Assembly (NCBI GenBank): GCA_963709585.1
Contig: CAVPXI010000007.1
Span: 96,001 to 160,000 of the forward strand
Direction of reading: 5' to 3'
Source of the DNA: Candidatus Dormiibacterota bacterium
GTDB taxonomy: Bacteria; Chloroflexota; Dormibacteria; Aeolococcales; Aeolococcaceae
Length of the DNA: 64,000 nt
Under the pieces are notes generated by a model. That model ran no database searches. It saw only the letters and a program-made list of their open reading frames with translations, and was not told where the DNA came from. Made by a program: the position numbers and the translations under genes. This document shows, in pieces, positions 1-9,479 of the stretch (position 1 is its first letter; the number at the start of each line of letters is the position of its first letter).

Positions 1-1627
1 GCCGTCCGGCATGCCGATGTCCACCACCATCACATCGGTCGGGCGCGACAGCTCCGCCACCGCCTCTCGGATGGTCGGGACCAGCACGGTGCGCAGGCCG
101 TGGCGCTCGAGGATCCGGCGGGCGATGACGCCGACCGCCTGATCATCATCGACGACGAGCACACGACCGGTCGCCGCTGTCTGAGCGATCGGCTCGCGTC
201 GCGCCTCGATTGGGAAGACGGCCAGACCTCCTCCTTGCGCACGGGCGAAGGCCAGCGACCGCTCGATGCCGGCTGCATCCATCGGCCGGGCGTAGTAGAA
301 GCCCTGGGCGAGGTCATAGCCGGACTCGCGCAGATGTTTCGCCTGGTCGGCGCGCTCCACACCTTCGACGATCGTCTTCAACTGGAGTGCACGGACCATG
401 CCGACAACGGCATCGAGGAGATTGCTCGCCACATGTCCGTCGGGGACGTGATCGACCAGTGACTTGTCGATCTTCACGACGTCGACCGGGAGGCGTCGCA
501 ACCTCGCCAGCGACGACGCGCCGATACCGAAATCGTCGATGGCCATCCCGACACCGAGTGCCTTGAGACGGCTGAGGATCCGGATGGCACCGTCCATGTC
601 GTCCATGACCGCGGTCTCGGTCACCTCGAGGATCAGACGCTGAGGCTGAATGCTCGCGCTCCGAATCGCCTCCGCGACGATCGCAACGAGGTCATCCGTA
701 TGCAGCTGGCGCGGTGAGAGATTGACGCTCATGGTGATGTCGGCCGTGTCGCCGTACTCCTGTTGCCAGCCGGCGAGTTGCTGACACGCCTCATTGAGGA
801 TGCGCGCGCCCATGGGGATGATCAGCCCGGTGCGTTCCGCAATCGGGATGAAGATCGCCGGCGGTATGACATCACCATCGGGATGTTTCCAGCGCGCGAG
901 TGCTTCCACCGAGACCATCCGTCCGTCGGCGAGGTCGACGATCGGCTGGTAGTGCACCAGCAGGTCGCCGGTGAGCCATGCCGTGCGCAGACCCTTCTCG
1001 ACCCGCACCCGCTCGGCGATCGCTGTGTGCATGTACGGCTGGTACCGCGCAAACTCATTCCCGCCCGCGGCTTTGGCGGTGTACATGGCGAGGTCCGCGT
1101 TGCGCAGGAGCTCGTCAGCAGTCTCGCCGTGCCCGGCTGTGGCGATACCGATGCTCGCCGCCACGGCGACCGTGGTCGTACTTATCGCCAGCGGGAGTTC
1201 GAGAGCGGCGAGCACGCGTCGTGCCACGGTGTTCACGTAATCGCCGGAACCAGATGCCAGCAGAATGGCGAACTCATCGCCACCGAGACGCGCGACCGTG
1301 TCGGCATCGCGGACGCTGTTCACGACACGACGAGCAACCTGAAGCAGCACCTGGTCGCCGACGCTGTGACCGAAGGTGTCATTGACCTCCTTGAACGCAT
1401 CGAGGTCGAGCATCATCAGCGTCACGGATTGCCCGGTGGTGTCGAGGGCCGCGAGCTCTTGCGCCAGGCGCCGGCACAGGAGCGCGCGATTGGGCAGCCC
1501 TGTGAGCAGAGTCGTGCAAAGCCTGATGCGCGAGCGCGTGGCGCAGTCCGCGCGACTTGATCGCGGTCAGCAGCGCGATACCGCCCGCGAGCAGCACCGC
1601 GGCAACCAGCGGGGTGGTCAGGGTCAG
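1..1627 (-). CDS. Diguanylate cyclase/phosphodiesterase: N-terminal TM, GGDEF, EAL and C-terminal receiver domain (runs off window start; frameshift near 1505)
   Basis: Manual minus-strand translation: ALHDS/LTGLPNR, RDADTVARLGGDEF (~1290-1265), VEALARW (~910-890), IDDFG (~530), RVLVVDDD...VMVVDIGMPDG (receiver, 165-1). AAGGAG at 1636-1631; start codon uncertain (in-frame CTG at 1627 or 1621). Confidence 0.9.
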
Positions 1628-1801
1628 GGTCTCCTTTGATCGGCGCGACCTGATCGCCCGATCTGCTGCGACGACGTGCCCTCGCCCGCTGGCGGTCACG
1701 ATCCGACGGTGCGTACCGAGACCCAATCTGGGGGTACCCCGTGAGGCCCGTCTGTTCGACAGCGGACTTAGCGGGATCGGGTATCGATGCGCGTTCAACA
1801 C

Positions 1802-1817
1802 TGTGACAACCGTCACC
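1802..1817. promoter_or_regulatory. Crp-family-like operator
   Basis: TGTGA-CAACCG-TCACC matches TGTGA-N6-TCACA at 9 of 10 positions, in a divergent intergenic region. Confidence 0.45.
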
Positions 1818-1906
1818 CAGCCGTCCGCATGTCCCCGTCGGAGCAATAAGCGTTTGTGTCATGCGCGTATCCGGACGGGTCGCGGTGGGTTGGTAGACTG
1901 CCAGAT

Positions 1907-2095
1907 GTGGCGAAATGGGTCGTGCTCCACCTGAGTGCCGACGACGCCTCGACGTATATCAACGTGGACGCGGTGACCCAGGTTCGACAGGTGTCGCTCG
2001 GCTCGACGCGCGTCTTCTTCACCGACGGCACCGACGTTTCGGTGCGCGAGGATGCGCCCATCGTGATCGCCGCCTTCCGTCGCAACTCGATCTAG
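1907..2095 (+). CDS. Small protein with FlbD/SwrD-like pattern
   Basis: 62 aa from GTG 1907 (TAGACT 7 nt upstream); YINVDAV...TRVFFTDGTDVSVRE resembles FlbD. Confidence 0.6.
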   Translation: MAKWVVLHLSADDASTYINVDAVTQVRQVSLGSTRVFFTDGTDVSVREDAPIVIAAFRRNSI

Positions 2096-2185
2096 CGGAC
2101 CGAGCCGGTCGCCGCATCAACGGCATCGGGGGGCGCGCGGGCGAGTTCACCCGTGGCATGGCCCGTGTGGCAGCATGGGTTGCTC

Positions 2186-3287
2186 ATGACAACGTCGCCG
2201 CTGCTCATGATCCCCGGGCCCACGCCGGTGGACCCTGACGTGTTGGCGGCTCTCGCCGAGCCCGTCCGGAGCCACACCGGACCCGAGAACGCCGCGACGA
2301 TGCTCCGGATCCAGGAAGGCATCCGGCAGCTCGTGGGCTCCGCCCACGCACGGGTCTACTGCTTCGCGGGCGCGGGCACGCTGGCGATGGAGGCGGCGCT
2401 CGTCAACCACGCGTCACCCGGCGACCGGATCGTCGTCGTCAGCCACGGGTACTTTGGTGATCGCTTCGCCGAAGCCGCCGGAGCGCTCGGGATGCGCGCC
2501 GACGTGCTGCGAGTCGATTGGGGCGAGCACGCCGGAACGGAACTCGCTTCGAGAGCTTGTGCTGCTTGGCGACCAGCCGGCGCTGGTGTGCATGACCCAT
2601 GTGGACACCAGCAGCGGCGTGCTCGCGGATTGCGGCGCGCTCGCGGCGACGGTTCGCTCGGTCGCACCGGAAGCGGTGATCGTCGTCGATGGAGTCTGTG
2701 CGACCGGCGGTATCGATGAGCGGATGGATACATGGGACGTCGACGTCGTCCTGACCGGCGCCCAGAAGGCACTCGCCGTGCCTCCCGGCCTCGCGCTCCT
2801 GGCCGTATCCGAGCGAGCCCGCCGGCGGCGTGAGTCGCTCGGCGAAGTCCGCGCGTACTACGCGGATCTGCGCCGCTGGGATGCGTCGGTCGACGACCCG
2901 CGCACGTACTTCTCGACGCATGCCGTGTCATTGCTGCGCGCGCTCGAAGTGTCGCTCGACGGCATCTTCGTCGAAGGACTTCCGGTTCGTTACGAGCGCC
3001 ACCGCCGCGTGGCCGGCATGATTCGCGACGGCATGAGCGAGCTCGGGTTCGTGCCACTCACCAATGGCGCGTATCTCGCGCCCACGTTGAGCGTTCTCGC
3101 GCTCCCCGACGGGGTCGAGGACGTGACGTTGCGCAAGGGGATGAGCGATCGCGGGGTGGTGATCGCGCCCTGTCTCGGGCCGTGGGCGGGACGAGGCGTG
3201 CGCGTCGGGCACATGGGGACGGTCGGCAAGTCCGAGGCCGCGCGCACGATCGATGCGGCGGCGTCGGTGGTCGGCGCGCGTGCTTGA
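2186..3287 (+). CDS. Class V PLP aminotransferase (alanine-glyoxylate/serine-pyruvate type); frameshift near 2545
   Basis: LLMIPGPT, HGYFGDRF, THVDTSSGV, VDGV, TGAQKAL..PPG, RVGHMG across ORFs 2153..2719 and 2454..3287. Confidence 0.88.
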
Positions 3288-4731
3288 GCCCGCCCTGCTT
3301 GGACGTCTGCGCGCCGCGGTTGGCGGCGACGGGATGATCACCGCACCCGCAGCCCTGCGGACGTACGCGTGCGACGAACTCACGGGGCGCCGGGTCTCGC
3401 CCGCGGCCGTCGTGCTTCCGGTGACTACCGAGCAAGTGGCAGCGGTGGTGCGGGCGTGTGCGGAGGCGAACGTGCCGTTCGTCGCGCGCGGAGCCGGTAC
3501 CGGGCTGTCCGGCGGCGCGCTCCCGGTCGCCGACGGCGTCGTCATCGGCCTCAGCCGCATGCGGGCCGTCCTCGGCATCGACCTGGAGAATCAGCAGGTG
3601 ACCGTGCAGCCCGGCGTCACCAACCTCGAGGTGAGCAAAGCGGTCCGGCCGCTGGGGTACTTCTACGCACCCGATCCATCGTCGCAGCAGGTCTGCACCA
3701 TCGGCGGTAACGTCGCAGAGAATTCCGGCGGAGCGCACTGCCTGAAATATGGGTTCACCACGCACCACGTGCTCGGGGCGACCTTCGTCACCCCGCTTGG
3801 GCGAATCGCCCATCTCGGCGGACCGGTGCGCGACGCAGCGGGCTATGACCTGCTCGGCGTCGTGATCGGCAGTGAGGGAACGCTTGGGATCGTGACCGAA
3901 GTCGTGCTGCGGATCGTTCGCGTACCCGAGTCGACCGAGACGGTGCTCGCGGCGTTCGCAACCATGGGTGACGCCGGCGAGGCCGTGTCGCGGATCATCG
4001 CCGCCGGTATCACACCGGCCGCGATCGAGATGATGGATCGTCTCGCCATCCAGGCGTGCGAGGAAATCGTTCACGCCGGGTATCCGGATTGCGGAGCGGC
4101 GCTCATCGTCGAGCTTGACGGGCCTGCCGTCGAGTCGGAAGCGTTCCTTCGCCAGGTCATCGACATCTGCACGGCGAGCGGAGCGACCGAGAGACGCGTG
4201 GCCGCGAGCGAGGCTGAGCGCGCACTGATCTGGAAGGCACGCAAGGCCGCATTCGCTTCGATGGGACGGATCAGCCCGAGCTACTACGTCCAGGATGGAG
4301 TCATCCCACGCACGCGGCTGCGCGACGTTCTCGAGTCGATCAGCGCACTGTCGGCGACCTACGGCCTGCGCGTCGCCAACGTGTTCCACGCCGGTGACGG
4401 CAACCTCCACCCGCTCGTGCTGTACGACGACACCGAGCCCGGCGCCTCCGACCGCGCGCTCGAGCTCGCCGGATTGATCCTCGAGTCCTGCATCGCCGCC
4501 GGTGGCTCGATCACGGGTGAGCACGGAGTCGGATCCGACAAAGCCTGCTACATGCCGAAGATGTTCACCCCCGGCTCGATAGCGGTGATGGGGCGCGTCC
4601 GCGACGCGTTCGACCCGAACGATCTCTGCAACCCGGGCAAAGCGCTGCCGACCCCGCGGCTCTGCGGTGAGGTACCCGGGATGTACCGTCCGCACGCCAT
4701 CGAGACCGCAGGGCTGGCGGAGCGTCTCTGA
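3280..4731 (+). CDS. glcD: Glycolate oxidase subunit GlcD
   Basis: ARGAGTGLSGG, APDPSSQQVCTIGGNVAENSGGAHCLKYG, HAGDGNLHP, GEHGVG. Confidence 0.92.
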   Translation: MLEPALLGRLRAAVGGDGMITAPAALRTYACDELTGRRVSPAAVVLPVTTEQVAAVVRACAEANVPFVARGAGTGLSGGALPVADGVVIGLSRMRAVLGIDLENQQVTVQPGVTNLEVSKAVRPLGYFYAPDPSSQQVCTIGGNVAENSGGAHCLKYGFTTHHVLGATFVTPLGRIAHLGGPVRDAAGYDLLGVVIGSEGTLGIVTEVVLRIVRVPESTETVLAAFATMGDAGEAVSRIIAAGITPAAIEMMDRLAIQACEEIVHAGYPDCGAALIVELDGPAVESEAFLRQVIDICTASGATERRVAASEAERALIWKARKAAFASMGRISPSYYVQDGVIPRTRLRDVLESISALSATYGLRVANVFHAGDGNLHPLVLYDDTEPGASDRALELAGLILESCIAAGGSITGEHGVGSDKACYMPKMFTPGSIAVMGRVRDAFDPNDLCNPGKALPTPRLCGEVPGMYRPHAIETAGLAERL

Positions 4732-5948
4732 TGGTATCGGCGGCGCAGGAGCTGCATCTGTTCACCGAACTTGTCGGCGCTGCGCAGGTCCGGACCGGAG
4801 ACACCGCCGATGCGGTCGGCGGCATCGTTCCGGGCCTGGTCGTCTCGCCGGGTGACGAGCTGGAGGTCGCGTCCGTGCTCTCAGCCGCAACCGCGCGCGG
4901 ACTCGTGGTCGTGGCTCGCGGCGGTGGCACGAAGATCGACTGGGGTTCGCCGCCCGAACGGTGCGACGTCGTGCTCTCGACCGCCCGTATCGAGGGAATC
5001 GTCGACCACGAGCCCGCGGACCTCGTGTGCGTCGTCCGCGCTGGAACTCGGCTCGCCGGCCTGCAGGCAACGCTCGCCTCGGCTCCAGGCTTCCGGCAGC
5101 GCCTCATGCTCGATCCCCCACAGGGCGCCGACGCGACCATCGGCGGCGTGGTCGCCACCGCCGCCAGCGGGCCGCTGCGCACGCGCTTCGGCACGCCTCG
5201 GGACCTGGTGATCGGCGCGAGCTTCGTTCTCTCGGATGGAACCGTCGGGCGGAGCGGCGGCAAGGTCGTGAAGAACGTTGCCGGCTTCGATGTCGCCAAG
5301 CTGCTGGTGGGATCGCTGGGGACGCTTGCGGTGATCACCGAGGTGGCCTTCCGCCTCCATCCCATGCCCGCGGCGTCGCGAACCGTCGTCCTCGAGTCGC
5401 GGTCCGTCCTCGACCTGTGCAGGTTCGCCACAGGAGTCGGGCGGCTCCAGGTGACCCCGAGCGTCGTCGATCTCCACTGGCCCGAGGGCATGGTGATGGT
5501 GCGCTTCGACAGCTCAGAGCTCGGCGCCACGGTCCAGGCCGAGCGCGTCTCCCGGGAGCTCGGCGGCCGGATCCTTGCGGGCGATGAGGAGACCGCGTTG
5601 TCGGCGGCGGTTGCGGGGTCGCCCTGGACCGGCCCGGGGCTGGTGGGCGCGGTTGCGGTGCTGCCCTCGCGAGTCGGTCAGTTTCTGTCATCTATGTCTG
5701 CTACATGCGACGCCGTGGCACTGCGTCCGCTGCTCGGCACCGGCGAGGTGCGGTTCGCGCGGGAAGCGCTCGAGATGGTCGCGACCGCGGTGCGAACCGC
5801 CGGCGGCCGCCTGGTGATCAGGCGCGGCGAAACCACCTCCACCGGAGAGCCCGAGGACGGCGCGGCACTCGATTTGATGCGCTCGGTGAAACGGCAGCTG
5901 GACCCTGCCCGAACACTGAGCCCGGGCCGCCAGCTCGGTGGTATCTGA
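4731..5948 (+). CDS. glcE: Glycolate oxidase FAD-binding subunit GlcE
   Basis: GGGTK, ATIGG, GGKVVKNVAGFD, GSLGTL; lies between glcD and glcF. Confidence 0.88.
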   Translation: MVSAAQELHLFTELVGAAQVRTGDTADAVGGIVPGLVVSPGDELEVASVLSAATARGLVVVARGGGTKIDWGSPPERCDVVLSTARIEGIVDHEPADLVCVVRAGTRLAGLQATLASAPGFRQRLMLDPPQGADATIGGVVATAASGPLRTRFGTPRDLVIGASFVLSDGTVGRSGGKVVKNVAGFDVAKLLVGSLGTLAVITEVAFRLHPMPAASRTVVLESRSVLDLCRFATGVGRLQVTPSVVDLHWPEGMVMVRFDSSELGATVQAERVSRELGGRILAGDEETALSAAVAGSPWTGPGLVGAVAVLPSRVGQFLSSMSATCDAVALRPLLGTGEVRFAREALEMVATAVRTAGGRLVIRRGETTSTGEPEDGAALDLMRSVKRQLDPARTLSPGRQLGGI

Positions 5949-5949
5949 C

Positions 5950-7338
5950 ATGACCGCGGAGAGCTCCGGCCCGCCACGTGTCCTGGGGCATCCGCGCGCG
6001 GGTGCGGCGACAGCCGCGTTTGACGATCACCACTCCCCGGACCCGGCCCTGATCGCGGACTGCGTGCACTGCGGTTTCTGCCTCCCCGCGTGTCCGACCT
6101 ACCTCCTCTGGGGCGAGGAGATGGACTCCCCTCGAGGTCGAATCCTGCTCATGGATCTCGCGGCGCGCGGCGAGGTCGGGATGGACGCGGAGGTGGTGCG
6201 CCACTGGGATGCGTGTCTCGGCTGCATGGCTTGCGTCGACGCCTGCCCCTCGGGGGTGCAGTACAACCGCCTGATCGAACAGGTCCGCCCGCAGATCGAA
6301 CGCCACTTCGCTCGCCCCTGGCACGTTCGCGCGTCGCGAGCCGCACTCTTCGCGGTGCTTCCCAACCCGCGGCGGATGCGCACGGTCGCAAGCGCGCTCG
6401 CGCTCACGCAAGCCCTCGGGCTCCGGAAGCTGCTGCGCCAGGAGCGGCTGCGACGCCTGCTGCCCAGGACCGTGCGCCGCCTCGACGACATGGCACCGTC
6501 CCTGCGCCTCGCTGATCTCCGCGCGCGCACGCCGCGACGCCTCTCACCCAGCGGACGGCCGGTCCTGCGGGTCGCACTGCTCACCGGATGCGTGCAGGAC
6601 GCCTTTTTCTCGCAGGTCAATCGAGCCACCGCACGTGTGCTCGCAGCTCACGGCTGCGACGTGCTCGTGCCCCCGCTCCAGAGCTGCTGCGGTGCGCTCG
6701 AGATCCATGCCGGTCGGGAGCGACCCGCGTTGCGGCGGATGCGCGATCTCATCGCCCAGATGGAGAACCTCGGGATCGACCGCGTCGTCGTGAACAGTGC
6801 GGGCTGCGGGTCGGCGATGAAGGAGTACGGGGCGCTGCTCGGCGATGACCCGTTCTGGTCGGCGCGTGCCGCGACCTTCTCGGCCCGAGTTCGCGACGTG
6901 ATGGAGGTGATCGCGGACCTCGACCTGCAGCTTCCCAGGCACCTCCACCCCCTGCCTGCTCGAGTCGCATATCACGACGCCTGTCATCTCGCTCACGCCC
7001 AGGGTGTGCGACTCCAACCGCGCGCCGTACTCGGCCGTATCCCGCAGCTCGAGCTCGTCGACCTCAAGGAATCCGATGTGTGCTGCGGGAGCGCGGGGAT
7101 CTACAACCTCGTCGCGCCGCGGGCCGCCGATGATCTCGGCGATCGCAAGGCCGCCAACGTCGTCGCAAGTGGTGCCGAGCTGCTCACCGCCGGCAACGGT
7201 GGTTGCCTGCTGCAGATCCAGGCTGCATTGCGGCGGGCGGGACGTCCGCTGCCCGTGTTCCATCCGGTGGAGTTGCTCGACGCATCCATCCGCGGCCTGC
7301 CGATGGCCGAGGTGCTGGCCGCGCCGCGCGGCCGGTAG
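5950..7338 (+). CDS. glcF: Glycolate oxidase Fe-S subunit GlcF
   Basis: CVHCGFCLPACP and CLGCMACVDACPSGV ferredoxin motifs; CCG domains; YHDACHL. Confidence 0.92.
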   Translation: MTAESSGPPRVLGHPRAGAATAAFDDHHSPDPALIADCVHCGFCLPACPTYLLWGEEMDSPRGRILLMDLAARGEVGMDAEVVRHWDACLGCMACVDACPSGVQYNRLIEQVRPQIERHFARPWHVRASRAALFAVLPNPRRMRTVASALALTQALGLRKLLRQERLRRLLPRTVRRLDDMAPSLRLADLRARTPRRLSPSGRPVLRVALLTGCVQDAFFSQVNRATARVLAAHGCDVLVPPLQSCCGALEIHAGRERPALRRMRDLIAQMENLGIDRVVVNSAGCGSAMKEYGALLGDDPFWSARAATFSARVRDVMEVIADLDLQLPRHLHPLPARVAYHDACHLAHAQGVRLQPRAVLGRIPQLELVDLKESDVCCGSAGIYNLVAPRAADDLGDRKAANVVASGAELLTAGNGGCLLQIQAALRRAGRPLPVFHPVELLDASIRGLPMAEVLAAPRGR

Positions 7339-7342
7339 GCGC

Positions 7343-8541
7343 GTGAGCCCGGCGGCCGGCCACAACCCGGGAAACAGGGGGCTCACGGGGGATTCCCCCG
7401 AGTGCCGGGTGGTGGTTGTCGGCGCGGGCGCGATCGGGCTTGCGGTCGCTCTCCAACTCCGGCGTGCAGGGGTGGAGCGGGTCGTCGTGATCGACCGAAA
7501 CCCCTCGCCCGGCATGGGCTCGACGAGCCGCGCCAACGGCGGGGTTCGAGCGCAATTCACCACGCCGGTCAACATCACGTTCTCGCAATTCACCATCGAG
7601 AAGCTCCGCGAGTTGGACGAGGTCGAGGGTGCGCAGGTGGGGTTCCGTGCGGTCGGCTACCTCTTCCTCACCGGGACCGACGCGGGCGAGATTGCTCTCC
7701 GGCGGAGTTGGGAGTTGCAACGGTCACTCGGCGTCGACGTCCAGTGGCTCTCGCTCGCTCAGGTCCTCGAGATCGCCCCCTTTGTCAACGTCGACGGGCT
7801 ATCCGCCGCGACGTTCTGCGCCGGTGACGGAACCATCGACCCGCACGGTGTGGTGAGCGCGTTGTGGGCGGCGTGCCGGCGTCTTGACACCTCCTTTCTG
7901 CTCGACACCGAGGTGCTCGACGTGGCAGGAGGCCTGCGGCGCGCGTCCGCACCACGGCGGGAGACATCGAGACCGAGTTCGTCGTCAACGCCGGCGGGCC
8001 GTTCGCTCGTGAGCTGGCGGCGATGGCAGGCGTCGATCTCCCGGTCGTGTCGCGCCGGAGAAACCTTGCGTGCACCGAGGCTGTTCCCGGGATCCCAGAC
8101 GCGATCCCCATGTGTGTCGACAACGACACCGGTGTGCTCATCCGCCGCGAGGGTGCCGGCTTTCTGATCGGGTTCTCCGATCCCGCCGACCCACCGAGCA
8201 TGGACACCACCTTCGATCCCGCATTCCTCGACGCGGTCGCCGCGCGGGTCGGCAACCGCTTCCCCTTCCTCGAGGACGTGCCGATCAGCTCGCGAAAATG
8301 CTGGGCCGGGCTGTATCCCGAAACCCCGGACCACCACGCCATCATCGACGCCGCAGCCACGGCACCGTGGTTCATCCAGTGCGTGGGCTTCGGCGGCCAC
8401 GGCATCATGCACTCGCTTGCGGCGGGACAGGCGGTGACCGAGTTGATCAGCGAGGGTGAGTGCAGCAGCTTCGACCTGCGCCCGCTGCGACTGAGCCGCT
8501 TCGCCGAACCCGGAGCGGTCGTCGAGACCGCGGTGCTCTAA
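7343..8541 (+). CDS. FAD-dependent oxidoreductase, DAO/sarcosine oxidase beta family; frameshift near 7935
   Basis: VVGAGAIG, GSTSRANGGVR, WAGLYPETPDH, GFGGHGIM. Confidence 0.85.
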
Positions 8542-9433
8542 GCGACAGGGTGGAGCGCTGCGAGCGCTCCCGCCGGGTCGTCGATCAGGGTGCGGAGCGC
8601 CTGCCGCTGCTCCGCGTTCAGCGTCTGCAGGGGCGGTCTGACCGCGTCCTCGATCGCGACCCCGCGACGTTGCAGGATGAACTTCAACGCAGAGTGAAAG
8701 GGGAACGGTTCGATGGCTGATCTCGCCCGCGCGGCCCGAGCGCTCGCCTCCGGTGTGCCCGAGCGGACGGCGCCGATGGTCAGCTCGGGGAGCGCCGCGG
8801 CAAGGCCGGAGACCGCGCCTGCTGCGCCTGACTCCAGTCCCTGACAGATCAGGCCTTCGGCGCCGATGAACACGTCGAGGCCGGGAATCAGGTACGGCTT
8901 GACCCGATCGAAGGGAGCGTCGGAGACCTTGAGCCCGGCCAGGTTCGACGCGGTGGACTGCAGTCGCCGGACCACCTCGACCGGGACCGCGTAGCCGCTC
9001 CGCGCTGCGAACTCGTAGATGTAGAAGGGCAGTGGTGCGCATGCGCTTGCGGCTGCGTCGAGGTGGCGCCAGATGGCCTCCGCGTCGAGTGCGAAGTATG
9101 GAGGCGGGATCACGGCGACTCCGGCCGCGCCGTGGCTCGCCGCATGCTCGGCGAGAACCACCGTGTCGTGCGTGGTCTGCGCGCCGCAGTGCACCACGAC
9201 CGCGAGCCGGTGATGCGCCGATGTCACGAACTCGTCCGCCGCACGTCGACGCTCGTCGACCGAGAACAGGATCCCCTCGCCCGTGGTGCCGAGCGCGAGG
9301 ACGCCGTCAAGACCGGCGCGGGCGTAGAAGTCCACGACCGCTCGATCCCATCGCCATCGACGGCACCGTCCGCAGCCGTGAGCGGCGTGACCGCCGCCGC
9401 GAGGGTGCCGCGAATCCGATGCTGCGATTCCAT
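8538..9433 (-). CDS. DapA/NAL-family class I aldolase; frameshift near 9340
   Basis: AAAVTPL, GTTGEG, IPPPYF, FYIYE, GLKVSD. Confidence 0.87.
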
Positions 9434-9479
9434 GGCTCAGCCGAGTGTAGCCGCGCGGTCGGACAGCGATGCGACGTCA

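Noticed and set aside
1685-1775. Canonical c-di-GMP-I or full ydaO riboswitch
   Set aside because: Lacks the GGCAAA...GGGACGCAAAGC core of c-di-GMP-I and the GGGUGAAUC/3' elements of ydaO; kept only as a candidate variant.
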